Shown: positions 1-8,239 of the stretch, piece after piece
Layout of the letters: the number at the start of each line of letters is the position of its first letter
How positions within the stretch are numbered: position 1 is the first letter of the stretch
NCBI GenBank assembly: GCA_041666945.1
Contig: JBAYFY010000002.1
Coordinates: forward strand, 701 to 64,700
Length of the DNA stretch: 64,000 nt
Reading direction: 5' to 3'
DNA from: Candidatus Buchananbacteria bacterium
GTDB lineage: Bacteria; Patescibacteriota; Patescibacteriia; 2-01-FULL-39-33
Translations under genes and position numbers: made by a program
Notes under the pieces: generated by a model
Databases searched by the model: none
Seen by the model: only the letters and a program-made list of their open reading frames with translations
What the model was told of the DNA's origin: nothing

Positions 1-1071
1 GTTGATCGCAAGCGCCTGGTCGGCGTTACGGGCACGCGCGGCAAAAGCACTACTACCACTTTGATTTATGAACTGGTTAAGACGCTGGACAAGCAAGCGG
101 TGCTCGCGGGTAACATCACCAAGTCGCCACTGGCGCAAATACCACTAGTGAATAAGGGCGGGAGAATTGTTTTGGAACTGTCGTCCTGGATGACCGAAAG
201 CTTGGCCGACATCAAAAAGTCGCCGCACATCGCTGTTTTTACTAATATCTATCCGGACCATTTAAACACTTATTCCGGCATCAAGGATTATGCCGAGGCC
301 AAAAAGAATATCTTCAAGTTTCAGACCTTGCAGAACTATGCGGTTTTGAATCGTGATAATTCTTACACCAAAAAGATGGGTGGGGAGGTTGTGGCGCAGA
401 GATATTGGTTTTCGCTTAAATCTTTTGCCGAAGAGAACGGTTCGTTTATTAAAAACGGCAGGATTGTTTTTCGGCAGAACGGCGTTGAACAAATAATGTG
501 TTCAATTAGTGATATCAAGCTTTTAGGCGAACATAATTTATCTAATGTCTTGGCCGCAGTGACGGTCGCGGGCATTATCGGCATTAGTCCAAAAAATATC
601 AAGTCCGTGTTGCATCGTTTTTATGGCATACCCAACCGTCTGGAATTATTAAGAGAAGTCAGGGGAGTGAAGTATTATAATGACACCGCCTCCACTATGC
701 CGGAAGCGACGATAGTCGCCCTACGAGCATTATCAAGCCCCAAGCCCCAAGCCCCAAGAAGCCCTAAGCAGATAATATTAATTGCCGGCGGCGCTGACAA
801 GGGATTGGATTTTAAAGAATTGGCGCAAGAGATAAAAAAATATTGCCAAGCCGTTGTATTATTAAAAGGAGCAGGCACCGAAAGATTAAAAAAGGAACTT
901 AAAAATTTTACCATCGTTGATTCCCTGCCCGATGCCGTCGGTATAGCCAAATCATTCGCGACATCCGGCGATATAATTTTACTGTCCCCGGCCTGCGCTT
1001 CTTTCGGCTTGTTCAAGAATGAGTTTGATCGCGGTGATCAGTTTCGGCAATTGGTTAAAAAAATAAAATAA
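1..1071 (+). CDS. murD: UDP-N-acetylmuramoylalanine--D-glutamate ligase, 5'-truncated at window edge
   Basis: Frame is open from position 1. N-terminal GTRGKSTTT Mur-ligase P-loop. Sits immediately upstream of ftsW in the dcw order. Confidence 0.85.
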   Translation, partial: VDRKRLVGVTGTRGKSTTTTLIYELVKTLDKQAVLAGNITKSPLAQIPLVNKGGRIVLELSSWMTESLADIKKSPHIAVFTNIYPDHLNTYSGIKDYAEAKKNIFKFQTLQNYAVLNRDNSYTKKMGGEVVAQRYWFSLKSFAEENGSFIKNGRIVFRQNGVEQIMCSISDIKLLGEHNLSNVLAAVTVAGIIGISPKNIKSVLHRFYGIPNRLELLREVRGVKYYNDTASTMPEATIVALRALSSPKPQAPRSPKQIILIAGGADKGLDFKELAQEIKKYCQAVVLLKGAGTERLKKELKNFTIVDSLPDAVGIAKSFATSGDIILLSPACASFGLFKNEFDRGDQFRQLVKKIK

Positions 1072-1259
1072 ATTAAAAGAGCGCCGCTCGAAAGCGACGC
1101 TATGTACGGAATTTTCAACGCATGGCTGGCCTCCTATCTTGACCGTCTTGACCGTTTGACAATTTCGGGTGGTGCGATTACTTTTTGGCCTTGAAAGGCC
1201 ATTAATCTAAGCAATATGATTGTATCATAGATTAAAAATTTTGTCAATAGTTTAAAATA

Positions 1260-2381
1260 ATGCATAATTCGCCAAAAAAACAAAAAGAATCCAGTATTGA
1301 TTGGTATCTGATTGGCGCCATTTGGCTGCTGGTGGTTTTTGGTTTGGTAATGGTTTCTTCCGCCGGCGTAGCCATCGGCTGGCAGAAATATCAGGACGTT
1401 TATTGGCATCTCAAACATCAATTGTTATTCGGTGTTTTGCCGGGCGGAATTTTGTTTCTGATCCTGGCTAAAATTGATTACCATCGTTGGGAAAAATACG
1501 CGGCGCCCATGCTGTTTGTTTCCATTCTGCTTTTAGTATTGGTGTTTATTCCCGGCATTGGCGCTTCCTGGGGCACCAGCCATAGTTGGATTAATATTTT
1601 TGGTTATTCTCTCCAGCCGTCAGAAATCGTTAAACTGACTTTTTTGATTTATTTGGCCGCCTGGTTGTCCGCCAAGGAAGATCACCATCTGAAAGATTTG
1701 TCGGCCGGTTTTCTCCCGTTTGTTTTTATCTTGGCCGTCATCACTGCTTTATTGGTTTTAGAACCGGACACCGGCACGATGATTATTATCGTGGCCATGT
1801 CTTTGGCCGTGTATTTTTCCGCCGGCGGACGCTGGCTGCATTTAAGCTGGCTGACTGCGGCTGGTTTGGCCGGCCTTTGGGCGATTGTTAAAATTTCTCC
1901 GTACCGCGCCGCTCGCTTTACCACTTTCTTGCATCCTGAGCTTGATCCCCAGGGCATCGGCTATCAAGCCAACCAAGCGCTTTTGGCCATCGGTTCCGGC
2001 GGTTTATTCGGCCGCGGCTATAACCATAGCCGGCAAAAATTCGCTTACTTGCCGGAAGTTACCGGCGATTCCATTTTTGCCGTCATCGCCGAAGAATTGG
2101 GATTTATTTTGACTGCGGCGATTATCGCCGTTTATACTTTCATCGCCGTACGCGGCTTCAAACTGGCCGCCAAATGCCCGGACGCTTTCGGCCGCCTGCT
2201 GGTTGTCGGCATTATCGTTTGGTTTATCACCCAGGCCTTCGTTAATATTGGCGCCATGCTCGGCGTCATGCCTTTAACCGGCATTCCTTTGCCGTTTGTT
2301 TCTTACGGCGGCACCGCGCTGATGATGTCATTGGCCGCGGCCGGAATCTTGGCTAATATTTCCAAACAAGCTAACAGTTAA
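1260..2381 (+). CDS. ftsW: FtsW/RodA/SpoVE (SEDS) family lipid II flippase / PG polymerase
   Basis: Multi-TM 373 aa protein with SEDS motifs (GIGYQANQALLAIGSGG, PLPFVSYGGTA). Lies between murD and murG. Confidence 0.88.
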   Translation: MHNSPKKQKESSIDWYLIGAIWLLVVFGLVMVSSAGVAIGWQKYQDVYWHLKHQLLFGVLPGGILFLILAKIDYHRWEKYAAPMLFVSILLLVLVFIPGIGASWGTSHSWINIFGYSLQPSEIVKLTFLIYLAAWLSAKEDHHLKDLSAGFLPFVFILAVITALLVLEPDTGTMIIIVAMSLAVYFSAGGRWLHLSWLTAAGLAGLWAIVKISPYRAARFTTFLHPELDPQGIGYQANQALLAIGSGGLFGRGYNHSRQKFAYLPEVTGDSIFAVIAEELGFILTAAIIAVYTFIAVRGFKLAAKCPDAFGRLLVVGIIVWFITQAFVNIGAMLGVMPLTGIPLPFVSYGGTALMMSLAAAGILANISKQANS

Positions 2382-2384
2382 TTT

Positions 2385-3479
2385 ATGAATAAACGAGAAG
2401 TGACTATTTTATCAGAAGATCAGGAGAGTCGATTCAACCAAGATATCGCCGCCAAGATAGAAGAATTAAAATCAGCTTATCCCGATATCACTCATGGCGA
2501 GTATTGGCTGTCGCTGGAAAATGCTTTGCGAGCGGAGAAATTTTTGTTGGAAAAGATCGAACCGCTTTTGGATACCCCCGATCATCCTCGCGCCAATCCT
2601 GCCTATCGCCGGCGAATAAATAATTTTTCCAATCGAATAACTGACTATATTATGTTGCACCCTCACGCCGGTATGGATGAGGTTAGCCGAGCGTGCAATA
2701 TTAAATCAAAGGAGTTGGAGCAAATCAGGCAATTGCAAATCGCCAAGCATTATTTAGCGCGTTGCGTAACCTCTGTTAGCAGGGACTCCTCAATCATAAT
2801 CAATGAATTTGACGAGATGTATTTTTTCCGGCCGCCTAAACCGGCGCCCGGGGAGGAAAATAAATATTGGAAAGCGGAGGAATTGGGCGTGCCGGCGATG
2901 CTTTCCGGCGCCTTTGTCTTCAGTGAAGGGGCTTGGTCCAGGATAGAACCCGACTGGAAGAAAAAGGAGTTTGATGAAACCGGAGAAGATTTTTGCATGC
3001 TAACAACAGGATCCAGTATAGATAGGAAATATTTTAGAGGAGAGAGTAATCCTTTGCATTATTTGGGTTTAAGTTATTTTCTAGAAGGAATTGAAAAGGA
3101 CATAATAAATTCCAGCAGGCATGAAGTCGTTCATCAAGTTGATTTTTTAAGGTCTGAAAGACGGGGTGTAAATTTTATTTTGACGGAAGTCATTGCTTTT
3201 CGCATCGACGGTCAGATGGACACGCCGAAAAACAGAAAAAAATCGCGCGACAGATTCCGGGAGTTTATTAACGATCATATAAAGGGTTACTTGAAAAAGT
3301 ATGAAGTGGCTGATGCAGAAGAAGACAAGAAAACAGTTGAAGCTTTTTTGGCCGTACTGGATGAAGCGGAAAAAATTATCGGTTTTGCCCGAACGACCAG
3401 TATTTTGTTAGATTCGCTGACTTTGATGGAAGCGGCGGACAAATTAAATAGAGCAGCAGGAATAAGTTATGAAATATAA
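2385..3479 (+). CDS. Hypothetical cytoplasmic protein inserted in dcw cluster
   Basis: 364 aa ORF starting 4 nt after the ftsW stop and overlapping the murG start by 11 nt. No recognisable motif. Confidence 0.6.
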   Translation: MNKREVTILSEDQESRFNQDIAAKIEELKSAYPDITHGEYWLSLENALRAEKFLLEKIEPLLDTPDHPRANPAYRRRINNFSNRITDYIMLHPHAGMDEVSRACNIKSKELEQIRQLQIAKHYLARCVTSVSRDSSIIINEFDEMYFFRPPKPAPGEENKYWKAEELGVPAMLSGAFVFSEGAWSRIEPDWKKKEFDETGEDFCMLTTGSSIDRKYFRGESNPLHYLGLSYFLEGIEKDIINSSRHEVVHQVDFLRSERRGVNFILTEVIAFRIDGQMDTPKNRKKSRDRFREFINDHIKGYLKKYEVADAEEDKKTVEAFLAVLDEAEKIIGFARTTSILLDSLTLMEAADKLNRAAGISYEI

Positions 3480-4542
3480 ATTATTATTATCCGGCGGCGG
3501 CACCATGGGTTCGGTCAGTCCGCTTGTCGCTGTTTATCAGGAAATCAAGAAGCGTCAGCCCGACGTTGAATTTTTATTTGTCGGCACTTCCGCCGGTCCG
3601 GAACGGGGGGCGGTGGAAAGCTACAAAATTCCTTTTGTCAGCATCAGCTCCGGCAAATTCCGCCGTTATTTTTCTTGGCAAAATTTTTTTGACCCGTTTA
3701 AAGTCATTATCGGCTTTTTTCAGGCGTTGAAAATCCTGCTGGCTTTCCGTCCCCGGGCAATAATGATCGCCGGCGCTTACGTGGGAGTGCCTCTGGCTTG
3801 GGCGGCGTGGCTGTTGAAAATTCCGGTCTTGATTCATCAGCAGGATATTGAGGTTGGTCTGGCCAATCGTTTAATGTCGCCGGTGGCCAAGAAAGTTACC
3901 GTGGCTTTTGATATTTCTTTGCGCGATTTTAAGCGCGGCCGGGCGATTTTAACCGGCAATCCGATCCGCGAGGAATTCAGTCATTGCGATAAAGACAAAA
4001 GCCGTGAATTGTTTGGTTTAAAAAAGGATGTGCCAGTCGTTTTTTTTACCGGCGGCGGCACGGGCGCGGTGGCCATGAATGAAATATTGGAGCAGGCCCT
4101 GCCCGATTTAATGAAGTTCGTCCAAATTATCCATGCTACCGGCAAGGGAAAGAAAATCAATTTTTCCGCCGACAATTATCATCAGTTTGAATTCATAACT
4201 CACGAGATGCCCGAGGCCTTATGCGCGGCCGATCTGGTGGTAACGCGCGCCGGATTGTCCACTTTATCGGAATTATCCTATTGCGGCAAGCCCGCCGTTA
4301 TTATCCCGATGTATCGGACGCATCAAGAGAATAACGCTAATTATTTTCAGAAGCATAATGCCGCCGTGGTCTTGTCGGAAGCGTCACTGAATAAGAAAAT
4401 GCTGGTTGATATTATTAGCGGACTGATTAGAAGCGAGGATAAATTACGCAGTTTGTCGAAGAATATTAAAAAGATGATGCCGCAAAACGGCGCGGCCGCC
4501 ATAGCGGATGTAATCTTGCAATTAATCAAAAATAAAAAATGA
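3469..4542 (+). CDS. murG: Undecaprenyl-PP-MurNAc-pentapeptide GlcNAc transferase
   Basis: N-terminal SGGGTMGSVSPLVAV glycine-rich motif. GT28 architecture with a C-terminal GGGTGA-like loop. Confidence 0.88.
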   Translation: MKYKLLLSGGGTMGSVSPLVAVYQEIKKRQPDVEFLFVGTSAGPERGAVESYKIPFVSISSGKFRRYFSWQNFFDPFKVIIGFFQALKILLAFRPRAIMIAGAYVGVPLAWAAWLLKIPVLIHQQDIEVGLANRLMSPVAKKVTVAFDISLRDFKRGRAILTGNPIREEFSHCDKDKSRELFGLKKDVPVVFFTGGGTGAVAMNEILEQALPDLMKFVQIIHATGKGKKINFSADNYHQFEFITHEMPEALCAADLVVTRAGLSTLSELSYCGKPAVIIPMYRTHQENNANYFQKHNAAVVLSEASLNKKMLVDIISGLIRSEDKLRSLSKNIKKMMPQNGAAAIADVILQLIKNKK

Positions 4543-5912
4543 ACTTAACACAAATAAAAAAAATCCATTTTATCGGCATCGGCGGCATTGGCATTTCGGC
4601 CGCGGCGCGTTTGGCGCGCAATCGGGGGATGAACGTTTCCGGCAGTGACGCGCAAGAGAGCGAGACAGTCGCTGATTTGAGGTCGCAAGGATTTATCGTT
4701 GCCGTACCGCAAGCGGCTGCCAATGTCCCCGAAGACGCGGATTTGGTTGTTTATACGGTAGCTGTTACCGCGGATAATCCGGAAAGGGCGCGAGCGCAAG
4801 AATTAAAAATAGAGCAGCTGACCTATCCGCAGTTTCTGGGCCTGTTAATGTCAGGCAAATTTGGCATCGGCGTTTCCGGCACTAACGGCAAAACCACCAC
4901 TACCGCCATGATCGCCAAAATTTTAATTGATGCGAGTAAGGATCCGAGCGTGGTTTTGGGATCCAAGGCGGAATTTTTATCCGACAATGCGCGATCGGGC
5001 CAGAGCGAATACTTTGTGTTTGAAGGCGACGAGTACCGCCGGGCCTTCGCTAATTATCATCCCAAGATAGCGGCCGTTACTTATATTGGCGAGGATCATC
5101 TGGATTATTACAAGGATTTGGCCGAAATAAAATCGGCGTTTAAGGATTATCTTCTGCGGGTGCCGGCCGAAGGTTACGCGGTATTAAATGCCGACGATCC
5201 CAATTCAATGGAACTCGCGCCGGAACTTAAAGCGAATAAAGTTACTTTTGGCCTCACTGAAGAAGCTGACTATATGGCTTCGGAAATATACTGTGAAGAT
5301 GGCCGGCAATTTTTTACGGTTAATTCCGGTGATGGCTTAAGCCAAAAATTAAGCATTCAGTTGCCGGGGCGCTACAATATTTACAATGCCTTATGCGCCG
5401 TCGCTGTTTGTCGGGTATTGGATATTGCTTGGCCGAAGATTATTGAATCCGTAGCTGATTTTACCGGCACCTGGCGGCGGTTTGAACGGCTGGGGCAACT
5501 GGGCCAAGCCGAAGTGATTGCTGATTATGCCCATACGCCCGATGCTGTCGCTCAAGTTATCGGCGCGACCAAGGAATTCTATCCCGGCAAAAAGATACTG
5601 ACCGTGTTTCAGCCCCACCAATACTCCCGAACAAAAAATTTGTTCAATAAATTCGTCACGGCTTTCGGTTCGGCCGAGCAGGTGATCATTCCTGACATTT
5701 TTTATGTGGCGGGGCGGGAGAAGCCCGAGGATTTTGATGTTGACTCTAAAATCTTGGCCGAGGCAGTTGCCGGGCAAGGCGTTAAAGCGGTCTATGGCGG
5801 CACATTATCGGCAAGCGAAGAGCTGGTTAAAAAAATGGCAAAAGATTTTGATATAGTTTTGGTTTTAGGCGCCGGTGATGTTTATGAATTGGCGAAAAAT
5901 TTGATTAAATGA
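4539..5912 (+). CDS. murC: UDP-N-acetylmuramate--L-alanine ligase
   Basis: N-terminal IHFIGIGGIGISA dinucleotide-fold motif, GTNGKTTTT P-loop and DYAHTP motif. Confidence 0.9.
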   Translation: MNLTQIKKIHFIGIGGIGISAAARLARNRGMNVSGSDAQESETVADLRSQGFIVAVPQAAANVPEDADLVVYTVAVTADNPERARAQELKIEQLTYPQFLGLLMSGKFGIGVSGTNGKTTTTAMIAKILIDASKDPSVVLGSKAEFLSDNARSGQSEYFVFEGDEYRRAFANYHPKIAAVTYIGEDHLDYYKDLAEIKSAFKDYLLRVPAEGYAVLNADDPNSMELAPELKANKVTFGLTEEADYMASEIYCEDGRQFFTVNSGDGLSQKLSIQLPGRYNIYNALCAVAVCRVLDIAWPKIIESVADFTGTWRRFERLGQLGQAEVIADYAHTPDAVAQVIGATKEFYPGKKILTVFQPHQYSRTKNLFNKFVTAFGSAEQVIIPDIFYVAGREKPEDFDVDSKILAEAVAGQGVKAVYGGTLSASEELVKKMAKDFDIVLVLGAGDVYELAKNLIK

Positions 5913-5915
5913 AAA

Positions 5916-5937
5916 CACCGACGAATTGTCGGTGTTG
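5916..5937. terminator. Bidirectional hairpin between murC and the convergent gene
   Basis: caccgac-gaat-tgtcggtg stem-loop directly after the murC stop, with an A/T-rich flank. Confidence 0.5.
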
Positions 5938-5953
5938 GTAAGAACCTTTAAAA

Positions 5954-6586
5954 TCAGGAAGGTCTTTTGCCGATTGCAACATTACACGCGAAAGCAAAAC
6001 GTTCCGGATGTTCCAGATAATCATAAAGGAATCGTATTTTTTCCCTAATCTCATCTTCGTTTGTCGGGGGAGCGCTATGATTAACTTCCAGCCAAAGCAG
6101 GGAACGGATTTCTGCGATGATTTCCGGCAGTCGGGGAGCAGAAAGGGTTTTTGCTTTTTCATATTCAGGGTTGTCACCCCACAAGACCGACAGGAGAACA
6201 GGCATTAGATCTTCATCCAATTCTTTTAATTTTAAACTGGCGCACAGATTTAGCACTAATGTTATCAACCGTGAGAGTGATTCTCTGGGAAAGGGCTTCA
6301 TAGCCGCTTCGCGTTGCTCAACTGTTAAGGAACACTTATATTCAACCATCGGTTCCTTTTTTGTCTCTTCGGTTGTGGTTCCTTCAATAAAGCAGTCCCA
6401 GGATATTTCCCGAAAGGACAAAATAACTATCCGTGTGCCCCGTGTGCCAAAAGAACAAACATCGCTGATCTTTTTTATTGCCTGACTGAATGGAAAGTGG
6501 CCTTTATCAAATGCCATAAAGATATTATCGATGCCTGGGTTGAAATGTTCGGTGAACATAGCGTAAGAAACGAACCAATATTTCAT
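5954..6586 (-). CDS. Hypothetical protein (opposite strand, between murC and murB)
   Basis: 210 aa ORF with host-like codon usage. No confident motif. The N-terminus KYWFVSYAMF is only loosely TIR-like. Confidence 0.55.
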   Translation of the reverse strand: MKYWFVSYAMFTEHFNPGIDNIFMAFDKGHFPFSQAIKKISDVCSFGTRGTRIVILSFREISWDCFIEGTTTEETKKEPMVEYKCSLTVEQREAAMKPFPRESLSRLITLVLNLCASLKLKELDEDLMPVLLSVLWGDNPEYEKAKTLSAPRLPEIIAEIRSLLWLEVNHSAPPTNEDEIREKIRFLYDYLEHPERFAFACNVAIGKRPS

Positions 6587-6811
6587 TATTTCCTCCTCTT
6601 GTTGTTTGGTTGACTATTGATCTATAAAATACCTAATTGTTAAAAGAACTTTATTGATTTTTGATCATATCATAATGAATAATTAATGTCAATATGTCGG
6701 TAGATTTATATAAAATCCAACAAAAAGCCGAACAGCCGCGCAAGCGGAAAAAAGTCAAGAAGGCGCCGGGTTTTGCGGCGCAAAAGCAAGCCCTGGAAGC
6801 AAGCAAATATT

Positions 6812-7780
6812 ATGTTAGAACAAGCCAAAAAAAATCTCGGTAAAAGGTTCAAAGAAAATGAGCCGTTAGCCAGCCATACCACTTTGCGAATCGGCGGTCC
6901 GGCCAAGTTTTTTGCTATCGCGCAAACCCCGGAGGAAATCCTGGCTTTGATCCAGGAAGCAGAAACGGCGGGCGTAAATCACGCCATCATCGGCGGTGGC
7001 AGCAATATCTTGGCCAGTGATGACGGTTTTGACGGCTTAGTGATTAAAGCAAACGGCGGCGAAATAAAAGTTGACGGCGAGCAAATGACCGTTGATGCCG
7101 GCGCGCCTTTGGCTTTGGCTTTGACTGAAGCGACCAAAAACGGCTTAACCGGTTTGGAGTGGGCTGTAGGCATACCCGGAACTGTCGGTGGAGCTGTTTG
7201 CGGCAATGCCGGCGCTTATGGCGGCGATATGGCGCAAAGCGTGGTTGCAGTAAAAGTGTTGCAAGATGAAAAGGCGGTTGAGTTGAATAACAGTGATTGC
7301 GGTTTTGGTTATCGTGATAGCCGGTTTAAAAAAGATGCCAATGGAGACATTGTTTTATCTGCCGTCTTAAAGTTAAAAAAGGCAACACCGGAAGAGATTA
7401 CCGCCGCCAAAGAAAAGATGTTAAAAATTATTGCGGAGCGCGGCGCCAAGTTCAGCGAAGGCGCTTCAGCCGGCAGTTTTTTCCGCAATGTCATGCTGAC
7501 TGCAGAAGATGCGGCAGAGTTTAAAAAGACACATCCGGAAGTTCCGGATCAGTTTATTGAGTGGCGGAAAATTCCCGCGGCTTGGCTGATTGACCAATGC
7601 GGTTTGCGCGGACGGCAAATAGGCGGCGTCAAGGTCAGCAAGCGGCACGCCGGCGTCATTATTAATACCGGCGGAGCAACCGCCAGCGACGTGGTTATAA
7701 TGGCTTCACTTGTTAAGCAGAAAGTCAGAAGCCAGTTCGGTTTACAGCTGATGGAAGAAGTGCAGTATCTGGGTTTTTAA
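6812..7780 (+). CDS. murB: UDP-N-acetylenolpyruvoylglucosamine reductase
   Basis: FAD-binding LRIGGPAKFF ... IGGGSNIL motifs. Start chosen at the ATG at 6812 inside the longer ORF 6773..7780. Confidence 0.88.
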   Translation: MLEQAKKNLGKRFKENEPLASHTTLRIGGPAKFFAIAQTPEEILALIQEAETAGVNHAIIGGGSNILASDDGFDGLVIKANGGEIKVDGEQMTVDAGAPLALALTEATKNGLTGLEWAVGIPGTVGGAVCGNAGAYGGDMAQSVVAVKVLQDEKAVELNNSDCGFGYRDSRFKKDANGDIVLSAVLKLKKATPEEITAAKEKMLKIIAERGAKFSEGASAGSFFRNVMLTAEDAAEFKKTHPEVPDQFIEWRKIPAAWLIDQCGLRGRQIGGVKVSKRHAGVIINTGGATASDVVIMASLVKQKVRSQFGLQLMEEVQYLGF

Positions 7781-7830
7781 GAAGCAGCTTATTACTTATT
7801 ACCTATTACTTATTATCTTTTAACAAAAAT

Positions 7831-8133
7831 ATGAACATCTCAATCAAAACGACCAGAATTGAATTAACGCCGGGGATAGAAACGGCGATAAACGACAAAA
7901 TTGGCGGGCTGGCCAAATATTTTGACAATATCATCGGCTGTGAAGTGGAAGTGGGCAAGACCACCGAGCATCATCACAAGGGAGAAATTTTCCGCGCTGA
8001 AGTCAATTTGGAGGTGCCGAAGAAAGTCATTCGCGCCGAGGCCGAGTCCGATGATTTGTATAAGTCCATCAATGAAGTTAAAGACAAGATGAAAGTGGAA
8101 ATTATGAAATACAAAGAGACCTTGCGCGACTGA
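7831..8133 (+). CDS. hpf: Ribosome hibernation promoting factor (S30AE / RaiA family, short form)
   Basis: 100 aa protein with MNISIKTTRIELTPGIE...EVNLEVPKKVIRAEAESDDLYKSI, the typical S30AE signature. Confidence 0.85.
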   Translation: MNISIKTTRIELTPGIETAINDKIGGLAKYFDNIIGCEVEVGKTTEHHHKGEIFRAEVNLEVPKKVIRAEAESDDLYKSINEVKDKMKVEIMKYKETLRD

Positions 8134-8239
8134 TCGGCGCGATTGGATTAGCCAGCCGCCTCCAATAACCAGCGGGGCGGATTGCCAAAAAGCGGAAAAT
8201 ATTGTAAACTGATCTAACCTTGATTTATTAATATTATTT

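Noticed and set aside
5954-6586. TIR-domain call for the 210-aa protein (N-terminus KYWFVSYAMF)
   Set aside because: Only the first strand is vaguely TIR-like. There is no SxxD or conserved Glu context I can align. Left as hypothetical.
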